A program made the position numbers and the translations under genes. The notes below the pieces were generated by a model, which saw only the letters and a program-made list of their open reading frames with translations, was not told where the DNA came from and did no database searches. From Mobula hypostoma (taxonomy: Eukaryota), in contig NC_086097.1 in assembly GCF_963921235.1 (NCBI RefSeq), positions 28,274,001 through 28,338,000 on the forward strand: a stretch of DNA of 64,000 nucleotides, read 5' to 3'. Below, piece after piece: positions 25,401-37,313 of the stretch (position 1 is its first letter; each line of letters begins with the position of its first letter).

Positions 25401-27208
25401 TGTTGTTTATATGAACTTCAGTAACGCCTTTTGTCGTACTCGATCAGACCTGATGCAAGAGCAATTGTACCACAAATACACTGACACACATAATACTTCT
25501 CAAACCTTTATTCTCTACTCATAGCATGCTATGGGGGAAGTCACAGACTGATCTCCCAAAAGAGCCAGTCCAGACACTGCCCCTGACTTACCAATTCTCC
25601 ACAGTTTATAACATTGATCAGGTAGCAGGAAATCTTACGATTACAAGTCTAGACAATATTAGAATCATTTCGATCACATGCTAAGATACAATTAGATGTA
25701 AGATAATCATTGGTCAGTTAGTTATAATTATTTTAAGCCAAAGCTAGCCCATCAGTTCCCCATTCGGACCCCTTCCCCTTTTCTCAAGAACATTCTAGCC
25801 GTTACCTCATCCCTCCCATTTTTAGCTATACCTTGAGCTGCTTCTGCAAGATCAGATAGTTCCTTATTTGAGTCTTTGCCTGTCTTTAGAGAACAATGAC
25901 CAGTACGTCACCGGCTGCTGGGTAAAGATTCTTTTTGACTGGCCAAAACAGTAAGCTAAGGTGCACCCAAGGTGATTGATCATTAATTAATCATTGTCCT
26001 CTGTTTTTCCCCCTATTTACCTATCCCTTCATTCCATCACTTTGACAAGGTTCCACACGGAAGGTTAGTTAGGAAGGTTCAATCGTTAGGTAATAATATT
26101 GAAGTAGTAAAATGGATTCAGTGGTGGCTGGATGGGAGACGCCAGAGAGTAGTGGTGGATAACTGTTTGTCAGATTGGAGGCCGGTATCTAGTGGTGTGC
26201 ATCAGGGATCTGTACTGGGTCCAATGTTGCTTGTCGTATATATTAATGATCTGGATGATGGGCTGGTAAATTGGATTAGTAAGTATGCAGATGATACTAA
26301 GATAGGTGGAGTTATGGATAATGAAGTAAGTTTTCAAAGCTTGCAGAGAGATTTAGGCCAGTTAAAAGAGTGGGCTGAAAGATGGCAGATGGAGTTTAAT
26401 GCTGATAAATGTGAGGTGCTACATTTTGGTAGGACTAATCAAAATTGGACATACATGGTAAATGGTAGGGCATTGAAGAATGCTGTAGAACACAGGGATC
26501 TAGGAATAATGGTGCATAGTTCCCTGAAGGTGGAATCTCATGTGGATAGGGTGGTGAAGAAAGCTTTTGGTATGCTGGCCTTTATAAATCAGAGTGTTGA
26601 GTATAGGAGTTGGGATGTAATGCTAAAATTATACGAGGCATTGGTAAGGCCAAATTTGGAGTATTGTGTACAGTTCTGGTTACCAAATTATAGGAAAGAT
26701 GTCAACAAAATTGAGAGAGTACAGAGAAGATTTACTAGAATGTTATCTGAGTTTCATCACCTAAGTTACAGAGAAAGGTTGAACAAGTTGGGTCTTTATT
26801 CTTTGGAGCGTAGAAGGTTGAGGGAGGACTTGATAGAGATATTTAAAATTATGAGGTGGATAGACAGAGTTGACGTGGATAGGCTTTTTCCATTGAGAGC
26901 GGGGGAGATTCAAACAAGAGGACATGAGTTGAGAGTTAAAGGGCAAAAGTTTAGGGGTAACATGAGGGGGAACTTCTTTATTCAGAGAATGGTAGCTGTG
27001 TGGAACGAGCTTCCAGCAGAAGTGGTTGAGGCAGGTTCGATGTTGTCATTTAAAATTAAATTGGATAGGTATATGGACAGGAAAGGAATGAAGGGATATG
27101 GGCTGAGTGCAGGTTGGTGGGACTAGGTGAGAGTAAGAGTGCAGCAAGGACTAGAAGGGCCGAGATGGCCTGTTTCCGTGCTGTAATTGTTATATGGTTA
27201 TATGGTTA
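22460..27208 (+). mobile_element. Near full-length CR1-clade LINE (ORF1 zinc finger/coiled coil/SGNH esterase; ORF2 APE endonuclease plus RT), inactivated
   Basis: ORF1 ~22554-23490 (CARC..LQ.L...VRELE; VIGDSIVRG; HIGTND; LHLN). ORF2 has YFNARNI, YYRPP, GDFNFP, NYRPV, QGSVLGP, KYADD, RPNLEYC. (TTATATGG)n tail. Confidence 0.95.
25432..26039 (-). mobile_element. Solo LTR (608 bp, ERV/Gypsy-type) inserted in the CR1 RT domain
   Basis: TG...CA termini; 4-bp TSD CTTT (25428-25431, 26040-26043); removal restores ...AFDKVPHG. Minus-strand TATAAA (25605-25610) lies upstream of AATAAA (25507-25512). Confidence 0.85.
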
Positions 27209-27362
27209 TTTCTGTGGAACTCTGGAATTCATATATTTCTTTCATCTTGCTTTAGTGCTTGACGTTATAAGAAGCCCTATTCATATATCCAATCTCCCAT
27301 TTGACTTTGAAGCCATGGTCATCTTCGACTACGAAGGATGAACAACAACATTCATATATATA

Positions 27363-27461
27363 TATGTCACACCCAATTTGTGTACCTGCTCATTACATGA
27401 CTGGGGCAAGGAAGTTGCCCAGTACATGAAATGAGCAGGTACACAAATTGGATGTGACGTA
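27363..27461. repeat. ~100-bp palindromic hairpin element (MITE-like)
   Basis: ~46-bp arms (atgtcacacccaatttgtgtacctgctcatt... / ...aatgagcaggtacacaaattggatgtgacgt) around a ~5-nt loop, TA at both ends. Confidence 0.8.
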
Positions 27462-27667
27462 CGAGGGGTGATTGATAAGTTCGTGGCCTAAGGTAGGAGG
27501 AGTCAATTTTAGAACACCTAGCAATTTTCAATTATCTGAAACAGAAATACGTACCACAAAAGTTACTAACTTCAAACTTTCTGCACAATCACTCAAAGAG
27601 TTGAACTGCGTGTGCATGTAAGGAGAACTGTATAAACTTAGGCCATGAGCTTATGAATCACCCCTTG
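27462..27667. mobile_element. Mariner-type MITE
   Basis: ~31-bp TIRs (cgaggggtgattgataagttcgtggcctaag / cttaggccatgagcttatgaatcaccccttg) with TA duplication. Confidence 0.85.
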
Positions 27668-27849
27668 TACAGCTCCAGCACCTAAAACATTGGCACTGCA
27701 CCCCTGTCCACATTAATGTGCATTTTCTACATCTGTAGAATTGTGGCAATGTCACCTCTCACACCTCCAGCCATATAAGCAGGTCCAGAGGTTTGCTGTT
27801 GTCAGTAACAACTTTACTAGTGGAAGACTCATGCTCAAACAGAGTGGAA

Positions 27850-28212
27850 TCTGGGAGGTTTACCAGGATGCTGCCTAGTTTAGACTGCATGTGCTATCTT
27901 GAGAGGCTGGACAAACTGGGGTTGTTTTCTCTAAAGCGATGGAGGCTGAGGGGAGATCAGATAGAGGTTTACAAGATTATGAGAGGCGTAGATAGAATAG
28001 ACAGGGAGTATCAGTTTCCAAGGGTTGAAAGATGCTTAGAGAGTCATGGATGGCATGGTGGTAGAAGCAAATACATTAGCAGCTTTAAGAGACGTTTAGA
28101 TAGGCACATGGATGTGAGGAAGATGGAGGGATATGGACATTGTGTAGGATGGAGGGATTACTGTTGGATGTTTTTGATTTGCTTTTTGACTGGTTTGGCA
28201 CAACATTGTGGT
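27850..28212 (+). mobile_element. CR1 LINE 3' fragment
   Basis: RFTRMLP...YLERLDKLGLFSL..RLRGDQIEVYKIMRG. Confidence 0.85.
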
Positions 28213-29483
28213 CAGTATTACAGTTGAACAAAGGGAACTATGGTGCTATGAGGGAGGAGCTGGCCAAAGTTCAATGGAACAATACCCTAGCAGGGATGAC
28301 AGTGGAACAACAATGGCAGGTATTTCTGGGAATAATGCAGAAGGTGCAGGATCAGTTAGTTCCAAAGAGGAAGAAAGATCCTAAGGGGAGTAAAGGGAGG
28401 CTGTGGCTGACAAAGGAAGTAATGGACAGTATAAAAATAAAAGAGAAGAAGTATAACATAGCAAAGATGAGTGGAAAGCCGGAGGATTGGGAAACTTTTA
28501 AAGAGCAACAGAAGATGACTAAAGAGGCAATACGCAGAGAAAAAATGAGGTACAAAGGTAAACTAGCCAAGAATATAAAGGAGGATAGTAAAAGCTTCTT
28601 TAGGTATGTGAAAAGGAAAAAAAAAATAGTTAAGACCAAAACTGGGTCCTTGAAGACAGAAATGGGTGAATTTATTATGGGGAACAAGGAAATGGCAGAC
28701 GAGTTGAACAGGTACTTTGGATCTGTCTTCACTAGGGAAGACACAAGCAATCTCCCAGATATAATAGTGGCCAAAGGACCTAGGGTAATGGATGAACTGA
28801 AGGAAATTTATATTAGGCAAGAAATGATGTTGGTTAGACTGTTGGGTCTGAAGGCTGATAAGTCCCTGGGACCTGATGGTCTGCATCCCAGGGTACTTAA
28901 GGAGGTGGCTTTAGAAATCATGAACGCATTGGTAATCATTTTCCAATGTTCTATAGATTCAGGATCAGTTCCTGTGGATTGGAGGGTGGCTAATGTTGTC
29001 CCACTTTTCAAGAAAGGAGGGAGAGAGAAAACAGGGAATTATAGACCAGTTAGCCTGACGTCGGTGGTGGGAAAGATGCTGGAGTCAATTAAAAAAGATG
29101 AAATTACGACACATTTGGATAGCAGAAACAGGATAGGTCCGAGTCAGCATGGATTTACGAAGGGGAAATCATGCTTGACTAATCTTCTGGAATTTTTTGA
29201 GGATGTAACTATGAAAATGGACAAGGGAGAGCCAGTGGATGTAGTGTACCTGGACTTTCAGAAAGCCTTTGATAAAGTCCCACATAGGAGATTAGTGAGC
29301 AAAATTGGGGCACATAGTATTGGGGGCAGAGTACTGACATGGATTGAAAATTGGCTGGCTGACAGAAAACAAAGAGTAGCAATTAACGGGTTCCTTTCGG
29401 AATGGCAGGTGGTGACCAGTGGGGTACCGCAGGGTTCAGTGCTGGGACCGTAGCTATTTACAATATACATTAATGATTTAGAT

Positions 29484-30658
29484 CAGCAGTCCCCAACCAC
29501 CGGGCCGCAAAGCAGGAGCTACCGGGCCGCGAGGAAACGATATGATTTGGCGATGCTGCACCTTTCCTCATTCCCTGTCACGCGCACTGTTGAGCTTGAA
29601 CGCACGCGAGGTCATTTCCCACGCGACATCCATGTCAGCGCGGGAAGGAGATCAACTCCTCGAGCTTGCAAATGATGACGGGCTGAAAAGTATGTTTGAC
29701 ATAACATCTCTGCCGGCATTCTGGATCAAAGTCAAGGCTAAATATCCTGAGATAGCCACAAAGCACTGAAAACGTTGCTTCCATTTCCAACATATCTCTG
29801 CAATGATTGCAACGAAAACTATATTGCGGAATAGACTGGACATAAGGAACCCCCTTCGAGTATCGCTGTCTCCCATCACCCCTCGATGGGACCGTCTTGT
29901 TGCAGGGAGACAAGCCCAGGAGCTCCCCCTGATTCAGCGATATTGGTGTGTTGCAATGATTTTATATGTTCATACGGGGAAAATATGTGCTGTGTGTTTA
30001 ATATCCAAACGTTACTTAAAATGATGCTATTGAATTATAAGTGACTTATATAACCATATAACAATTACAGCACGGAAACAGGCCATCTCGGCCCTTCTAG
30101 TCCGTGCCGAACGCTACTCTCACCTAGTCCCACCGACCTGCACTCAGTCCACAACCCTCCATTCCTTTCCTGTCCATATACCTATCCAATTTTTCTTTAA
30201 CTGATAATATGGAACCTGCCTCTACCGCTTCTACTGGAAGTTTGTTCAACACTTACTTCAAGCTCCCCTGATAATTGACTTATCACTATATTCATGCGAG
30301 GAAAATGTGCGCTGTGTTTAACGTTAAATTCGTTAGATAAACCCTTTTAGAAACAAAATTGAGTGTATTAGCACCTTATCACCTATATTCCGGTCATGAT
30401 TAACCCCCCCTCCCGAACAGAATCGCCAAAAACGATTTGTAGAGAAGAATCAGCACAAACACGCATTCGCTAGTCACGCATGCGCACTGGTGCCCACGCA
30501 AGGCTTCATGGTTATTGTAGTCTTTAGGGGTAAGCTCAACATATTTGACTGCTACTCTTGTCCGTTGACAACCCTACTACCCCGCCGGATCGGCCGGTCC
30601 GCAAGATTATTGTCAATATTAAACCGGTCCGCAGTGCAAAAATGGTTGGGGACCCCTG
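29484..30658 (+). mobile_element. Internally deleted hAT-Charlie element (Charlie3/MER1-like)
   Basis: TIRs cagcagtccccaacc / ggttggggacccctg; 8-bp TSD ATTTAGAT; remnant DQLLELAND.GLKSMF...FWIKVKAKYPEIATK...LRVSLSPITPRWDRLVAG. Confidence 0.9.
30050..30250 (-). mobile_element. CR1 3' tail nested inside the Charlie element
   Basis: Reverse complement closely matches 27000-27208. Confidence 0.8.
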
Positions 30659-31734
30659 ATTTAGATGAAGGGATTAAAAGTAACATTAGCAAATTTGCAG
30701 ATGACACAAAGCTGGGTGGCAGTGTGAAATGTGAGGAGGATGTTATGAGAATGCAGGGTGACTTGGACAGGCTGGGTGAGTGGGCAGATGCATGGCAGAT
30801 GCAGTTCAATGTGGATAAATGTGAGGTTATCCACTTTGGTGGTAAGAACAGGAAGGCAGATTATTATCTAAATGGAGTCAAGTTAGGAAAAGGGGAAGTA
30901 CAACGAGATCTAGGTGTCCTTGTACATCAGTCACTGAAAGCAAGCATGCAGGTACAGCAGGCAGTGAAGAAAGTTAATGGCATGCTGGCCTTCATAACAA
31001 GGGGAATTGAGTATAGGAGCAAAGAGGTCCTTCTGCAGCCGTACAAGGCCCTAGTGAGACCACACCTGGAGTACTATGTGCAGTTTTGGTCTCCAAATTT
31101 GAGGAAGGACATTCTTGCTATTGAGGGAGTGCAGTGTAGGTTCACAAGGTTAATTCCCGGGATGGCGGGACTGTCATATGTTGAAAGATTGGAGCGACTG
31201 GGCTTGTATATACTGGAATTTAGAAAGATGAGAGGGGATCTGATTGAAACATATAAGATTATTAAGGGATTGGACACGCTGGAGGCAGGAAGCATGTTCC
31301 CGCTGATGGGTGAGTCCAGAACCAGAGGCCACAGTTTAAGAATAAGGGGTAGGCCATTTAGAACGGAGTTGAGGAAAAACTTTTTCACCCAGAGGGTGGT
31401 GGATAAATGGAATGCTCTGCCCCAGAAGGCAGTGGAGGTCAAGTCTCTGGATGCTTTCAAGAAAGAGATGGATAGAGCTCTTAAAGATAGTGGAATCAAA
31501 GGTTATGGGGAGAAGGCAGGAAATGGATACTGATTGTGGATGATCAGCCATGATCACAGTGAATAGCGGTGCTGGCTCGAAGGGCCGAATGGCCTACTCC
31601 TGCACCTACTGTCTATTGTCTATTGAATTGCCTGTTCCTGTGCTGTGCTGTTCTATTTTCTAGACCCCTCAAAGTTGCCTTGCAAGTTGATAGGGTAGAG
31701 ATCCACACTGAATGATTCAGGATTCTGCTGTCTT

Positions 31735-31905
31735 TCAGGAGTTTGTCCATTCCCCCAGTGACTGCCTGGGTTTCTCTGGGTGCTTCACTTTCCTCCCACA
31801 CTCCAAAGGTGTAACCTTAGGGTTACTGAGTTGTGGGCGTGCCATGTTGGCATCAGAGGCATGGTGACACTTGATTTGACTTGACACCAACAACACATCT
31901 CACTG
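31735..31905 (+). mobile_element. V-domain SINE fragment
   Basis: gggtttctctgggtgcttcactttcctcccacactccaaag core. Confidence 0.6.
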
Positions 31906-31909
31906 TAAG

Positions 31910-32235
31910 GGCCTAGATAGATTGGACATGGAGAGGGTGTTTCCAATAGTGGGGGAGTGTAGGACCATATCCTTTTAGAACAGAGATGAGGACTTTTTTT
32001 TCAGCCAGAGGGCCGTGAATCTGTGGAATTCATTGCCACAGATGGCTGTGGAGGCCAAAATATTGGGAACATTTAAAGCGGAGGTTGATATGTTCTTGAT
32101 CAGTACGGATGTCAAAGGTTATGGGGAGAAGGCAGGATAATGGGGTTGAGAGGAAAAATAAGTCAGCCGTGACTGAATGGCAGAGCATAGTCAATGGGCC
32201 AAACAGCTTAATTCTGCTCCTCAGTCTTACGGTCT
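31910..32235 (+). mobile_element. CR1 3' fragment
   Basis: ttttcagccagagggccgtgaatctgtggaattc...ggttatggggagaaggcagg, similar to 31380-31600. Confidence 0.75.
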
Positions 32236-32849
32236 GATGTTTTGATGTACATATGAGACAAATAAAGCTGGAATGATTTAAGACTGGTACGAGTGATTTG
32301 CGGTTGGCACAGACTCAGTGAGCCAAAGGAGCTGTTTCTATGCTCTGTTTCACGGTAACACTGTGGCAATGGCTTTTGCAAAGGGCAGGGAGCCTCCTGG
32401 GAAGCAAAGACAACTCGGGGGAATAGTTTTCCGGATTATCTTTGATTGGGAAATTGTAACAAGGACCAAACGTCAGGGAAAGAAGAATGTAAGGCAACAG
32501 AGCCATGAGAAATAAATTATCACTCAGCTACTGGAGCTTGTGCAGAATGTTCGTGGGAGGGAATTTCAAAGCAATTGGAGCTGGTGACTTAATTAGGATC
32601 CATCTGTATGGATTTTTCCAGCATTTGCTGTGAACAGTCAAAGCAAGGCAGAAATCTTAAAATCAATTACAGATGAATCTTTCTTGAAAACTTGAAGAAA
32701 GCTTGCTTTGAATCTGACATGACTCTAGTAAATAACATGGAATGGGAGGAGTGGGGTGGGGAGGCAAGGTTGCAGATAATGGCTGTGAAAATATTTATTT
32801 ATTGATTGATCGATCGAACCATTGATGAGCCACCCAGCAATCAATCCCC

Positions 32850-33045
32850 TGATTAAATTCTGGTCTAAGCACAGGACAATTTACAATGACCAATTAACCT
32901 ACCAACCGGTACGTCTTTGGACTGTGGGAGGAAACTGGAGCACCCGGAGGAAACCCATGCGCTCAAGGGAAGAATGTGCAAACACTTGACAGGATGGGAG
33001 TTGAACTCTGGTCCCCTGCAATATAAATTGTTGTGGTAACCACTG
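32850..33045 (-). mobile_element. V-domain SINE (HE1-like)
   Basis: gtctttggactgtgggaggaaactggagcacccggaggaaaccc is the reverse V-SINE core. Confidence 0.7.
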
Positions 33046-33099
33046 ACATATGCAGCTACTTAAATATTTTACAGCCACATTCCAATTTAGTACCTACTG

Positions 33100-33425
33100 G
33101 TGATGCACAGTAGCGAAGTGGTTAGAGCAGTGCTTTCTAGCACCAGCAATAAATCAGGGTTCCATCCCCACTGCAGCCTGTAAGGAGTTTGTACTGTACC
33201 TTCTCTGTGTGACCACGTGAGTTTTTCCAAATGCTCCAGCTTCCTCCCACGTTTCGAAGGTGTACGGGTCAGGGTCAGTGAGTTGTGGGCATGCTATGCT
33301 GGGGCTGGAAGCATGGCATCACTTCTGGGCTGCCCCCAGCACGCCCTCTGACGGTGATGTTCATTGAGGCAAATGGCGTACATTTTGTTGTTTTGATGTA
33401 CTTGTGACAAATTAACCTAAACTCA
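33100..33425 (+). mobile_element. tRNA-derived V-domain SINE
   Basis: A-box-like tagcgaagtgg, B-box-like ggttccatccc, then the V core gctccagcttcctcccac. Confidence 0.7.
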
Positions 33426-33554
33426 TGCCTTTTTTTAAATTCGGGGGATCCAGAATTCTGCTGGAGGCTGGAGACTGGAGACAGCCTATCCAGGTGATAG
33501 AGTATGTGCAGTGGTAGGGAGGAATGGGGCTTGTTTTGTAGATTGTTATGTTCT

Positions 33555-34140
33555 GCTTTCTTACGAGTACCTCGGGTCAAGAATGATGAGTTCGGAGAAG
33601 GACATAAAGATACAGAAGGCGCTGGCGTGGAGGGCTATGAACAATATGAAGGAAATCTGGAAGTCGAACCTGACAAGAGGGCTTAAAAAGAGGATTTTCA
33701 TAGCAGTCATAGAGTCCATTCTCGTGTACGGATGTGAGACGTGGACACTCACCAAAACTATGCGAAAGTCTCCAGATTGTTGCTATACACGAATGCTCCG
33801 GATGGCTCTTGATGTGAGTTGGCAACAGCACATAACGAACGTCGAGCTCTATAACGACCTACTGATGCTCTCCACTAAAATCGAGGTGAGAAGACTGCAA
33901 CTAGCGGGGCACTGTCTACGCCACCCTGAGCTACCTGCCAGCCTAGTCATCATATGGGAGCACAGGCATGGGAGGATGAACCCTGGGTGCCCTCCCAAGA
34001 CTATGGTCAACACACTCCTAGAAGACAGCAGTGCGGCTAATGTAGATGAACTGAACACACTGATGAGGGAGAGGGAGAAATGGAGAGTCCGTCATTGTGC
34101 CTGACGCCGGCCCCCTAGGCCTGAGTCGACGTAGTAGTAG
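33555..34140 (+). mobile_element. RTE/RTE-X-clade LINE 3' fragment
   Basis: YLGS...IWKS.L....K.RIF.A.IESILVYGCETWTLT...RMLR...LAGHCLRH; (GTA)n tail. Confidence 0.85.
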
Positions 34141-34429
34141 TTCTTATGTTCTGTGTTGTCCTGCCGAGCATTGTGGGCTTGCTGTGTTTGCACTGGAATG
34201 TGTGGCGACCCTTGCGGGCTGCCCCCAGCACACCCTTGGATGTGTTGGTTGTTAACACAAATGACACATTTCACTGTATGGTTCAATGTACATGTGATAG
34301 AGTAAATGAATCTGAATCTCAGTGACCAGGCATTTGTTCTGTCAGGCAGTCGGATTCTACCCCATGCATCGACTTCTCCTTTAGCCTTGTCATCTGTCCG
34401 GGTTTTGAGGCTGGCTCTAATTGTGTGGT

Positions 34430-34680
34430 TTTGCACGCAGAATGCTGGAGGATCTCAAGCTGTATCTGTGAAGGGGAATGAACAGTCGCCATTTCAGGCC
34501 AAGACCCTTCATCGGGGCAGGAAGATAGAGGGAGACAAGATGAGGGGAAGGAACTGGCAGGGGAGTGGCGGATCCAAGTGAAGGGGGTGGTGAGGACAGA
34601 ACGGGATAGGTGCCAAAGGCTGGCAGGAGATGGATGGAGGTGACGAAGGGCTGAAGATGGTGGCGAGGAAGAAAGAATAG
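34430..34680 (-). mobile_element. Penelope-like pLTR fragment with degenerate hammerhead
   Basis: Minus strand ccgatgaagggtcttggcctgaaatggcgactg (about 34483-34515). Confidence 0.7.
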
Positions 34681-34689
34681 ACATGAACA

Positions 34690-34945
34690 TGGAAACATAT
34701 GTACAGTGAAATGTGTAGGTTGTGTCAATGACCGACACGGTCCGAGAATGTCCTGGGAGCATGTTTCCGACAGCAACTTACTAACCCTAAGCCGTATGTC
34801 TCTGGAATCTGGGAGAAAATCAGAGCATCTGGAGGAAAGCCACACTGCCGTGGGGAGAACATACAAACCACTTACCAACCGCAGAGGGCCGAACCCCGGT
34901 TTCTGCAATCGTAAAGCATCGCGCTAACCACCATGTACCATGCCA
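34690..34945 (-). mobile_element. V-domain SINE
   Basis: gtatgtctctggaatctgggagaaaatcagagcatctggaggaaagcc...cgctaaccacc. Confidence 0.65.
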
Positions 34946-35369
34946 CTCACTATACCAGAGAAGTTAGATAAAAACAGTTTAAAACATTACTTGGGCTGCA
35001 GCAAGACTGCTGAGAATAATTTTGGTAACAACCCGACAGGAAGTGAATCAGAGGATCTTTACCAGGATAGTGTGTACAGGGCTGGAGGTTTACTGTTCTG
35101 AGGAGAGATTGTCTAAACCGAGGTTATTTGGAGTAAAAGAGATCAAAGAGAGATACTGAGTTGTATAAAATTACGGGAGTTCAGAAACAGATTGACTCTA
35201 TTTACCTTAATGCAGAGATCAGTAACTATGGCGGGGTTCATAGAGTTAAGTTAATTGTTCTGTAAATTGAAGGGCAGGTGAGAAATTGTTTCGCTCAGCT
35301 TGCGACAGGGATGTGGGAAGTGGGAGCTGATGGCCTGAAAGTTTGGTGGAGGCAAACTCCTCACCATAT

Positions 35370-35500
35370 GAAGTCCTCATGAAGGGTCTTGGCCCAAAAT
35401 GTCAACTATTTATTCCCCTCAATAGATGCTGCCTGACCTGCTGAGTTCCTTCAGCATTTTATGCGTGTTGTTCTGGATTTCCAACATCTTCAGAATCTGT
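35370..35500 (+). mobile_element. Penelope-like tail with degenerate hammerhead
   Basis: agtcctcatgaagggtcttggcccaaaatgtcaact...gatgctgcctgacctgctgagttcc. Confidence 0.7.
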
Positions 35501-36086
35501 TGTACTTATTTCCTCAGCCCCACCATATTCATTTACCTGGCCTTACTGTTGAGACTTGCTTGACCTAACCTCGACCTTGCCTGCAATCCCGCTACTTGAT
35601 GATCCACTGCTCTGGTGCACCTCCCCCGACCCCCCCCCACCCCAACACACACACACACACAGACAGACAGACAGACACACACACACTCAGTTACACTAGT
35701 TTAAACCTTCCTGAGTTGCAGTACCAAACCTTCCATCAAGGATAGTGACACCCTCAAGTTTAGGTATGAACTCTCCTTCTTGTACAATTCCCACTTGCCC
35801 TGCAAGAAACTCAATGATCCATGTACCCAAAGGCTTCCCTCCTGTACCCACTCCCTAGCCATGCCATGCACTTACACCATTCAGCTCATCACCAAGGCTG
35901 ATTCATTTTCCCTCTCAACCCCACTCTGCTGCCTACTCCTTGTCACCAGGGGAGGGGAAGGAGGCTAGCTAGAAGGTGATAGGTGAAGCCAAGTGGGTGG
36001 GAAAGGTAAAGTGCTGGAGATTAAGGAGTCTGATAGGAGAGGAGAGTGGACCATGGGAGAAAGGGAAGAAGAGGAAGACCCAAGGG

Positions 36087-37313
36087 AACAAGCCTGATAG
36101 AGTTCTTTGAGGAGGTGACCAGGCATATAGATGATGGTAGTGCAGTGGATGTGATCTATATGGATTTTAGTAAGGCATTTGACAAGGTTCCACGCAGTAG
36201 GCTTATTCAGAAAGTCAGAAGGCCTGGGATCCAGGGACGTTTGGCCAGGTGGATTCAGAATTGGTTTGACCTGCAGAAGGCAGAGGGTGGTGGTGGAGGG
36301 AGTACATTCAGATTGGAGGATTGTGACTAGTGGTGTCCCACAAGGATCTGTTCTGGGACCTCTACTTTTCATGATTTTTATTAACGACCTGGATGTGGGG
36401 GTAGAAGGGTGGATTGGCAAGTTTGCAGATGACACAAAAGTTGGTGGTGTTGTAAATAGTGTAGAGGATTGTCAAAGATTGCAGAGAGACATTGATAGGA
36501 TGCAGAAGTGGGCTGAGAAGTGGCAGATGGAGTTCAACCCAGAGAAGTGTGAGGTGGTACATTTTGGAAGGACAAACTCCAAGGCAGAGTACAAAGTAAA
36601 TGGCAGGATACTTGGTAGTGTGGAGGAGCAGAGGGATCTCGGGGTACATGTCCACAGATCCCTGAAAGTTTCCTCACAGGTGGATAGGGTAGTTAAGAAA
36701 GCTTATGGGGTGTTAGCTTTCATAAGTCGAGGGATAGAGTTTAAGAGTCGCGATGTAATGATGCAGCTCTATAAAACTCTGGTTAGGGCACACTTGGAGT
36801 ACTGTGTCCAGTTCTGGTCACCTCACTAAAGGAAGGATGTGGAAGCATTGGAAAGGGTACAGAGGAGATTTACCAGGATGCTGCCTGGTTTAGAGAGTAT
36901 GCATTATGATCAGAGATTAAGGGAGCTAGGGCTTTACTCTTTGGAGAGGAGGAGGATGAGAGGAGACATGATAGAGGTGTACAAGATAATAAGAGGAATA
37001 GATAGAGTAGATAGCCAGCGCCTCTTCCCCAGGGCACCACTGCTCAATACAAGAGGACATGGCTTTAAGGTAAGGGGTGGGAAGTTCAAGGGGGATATTA
37101 GAGGAAGGTTTTTCACTCAGAGAGTGGTTGGTGTGTGGAATGCACTGCCTGAGTCAGTGATGGAGGCAGATACACTCGTGAAGTTTAAGAGACTACTAGA
37201 CAGGTATATGGAGGAATTTAAGGTGGGGGGTTATATGGGAGGCAGGGTTTGAGGGTCGGCACAACATTGTGGGCCAAAGGGCCTGTACTGTGCTGTACTT
37301 TTCTATGTTCTAT
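36087..37313 (+). mobile_element. CR1 LINE 3' portion (RT C-terminal half), inserted in a minus-strand Penelope fragment
   Basis: SLIEFFEEVT, QGSVLGP, KFADD, LEYCVQFWSP; (TTCTATG) tail. Confidence 0.92.

Larger units (their letters stand above)
28213..31625 (+). mobile_element. 5'-truncated CR1-clade LINE ORF2 (RT), split by a hAT insertion
   Basis: ORFs 28140-29453 and 30490-31533 (NYRPVSLTS, QGSVLGP, SKFADD, RPHLEY); (GTCTATT)n tail. Confidence 0.93.

Noticed and set aside
22460..31625. Active LINE or host RT genes
   Set aside because: Stops, frameshifts and nested insertions in both CR1 copies.
32280..32780. Unique-looking island with NF-kB/STAT-like words
   Set aside because: Motifs are imperfect and there is no ORF or splice support; cannot be distinguished from chance.
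33100..33180. tRNA gene
   Set aside because: A/B-box-like motifs belong to a SINE head; no cloverleaf.
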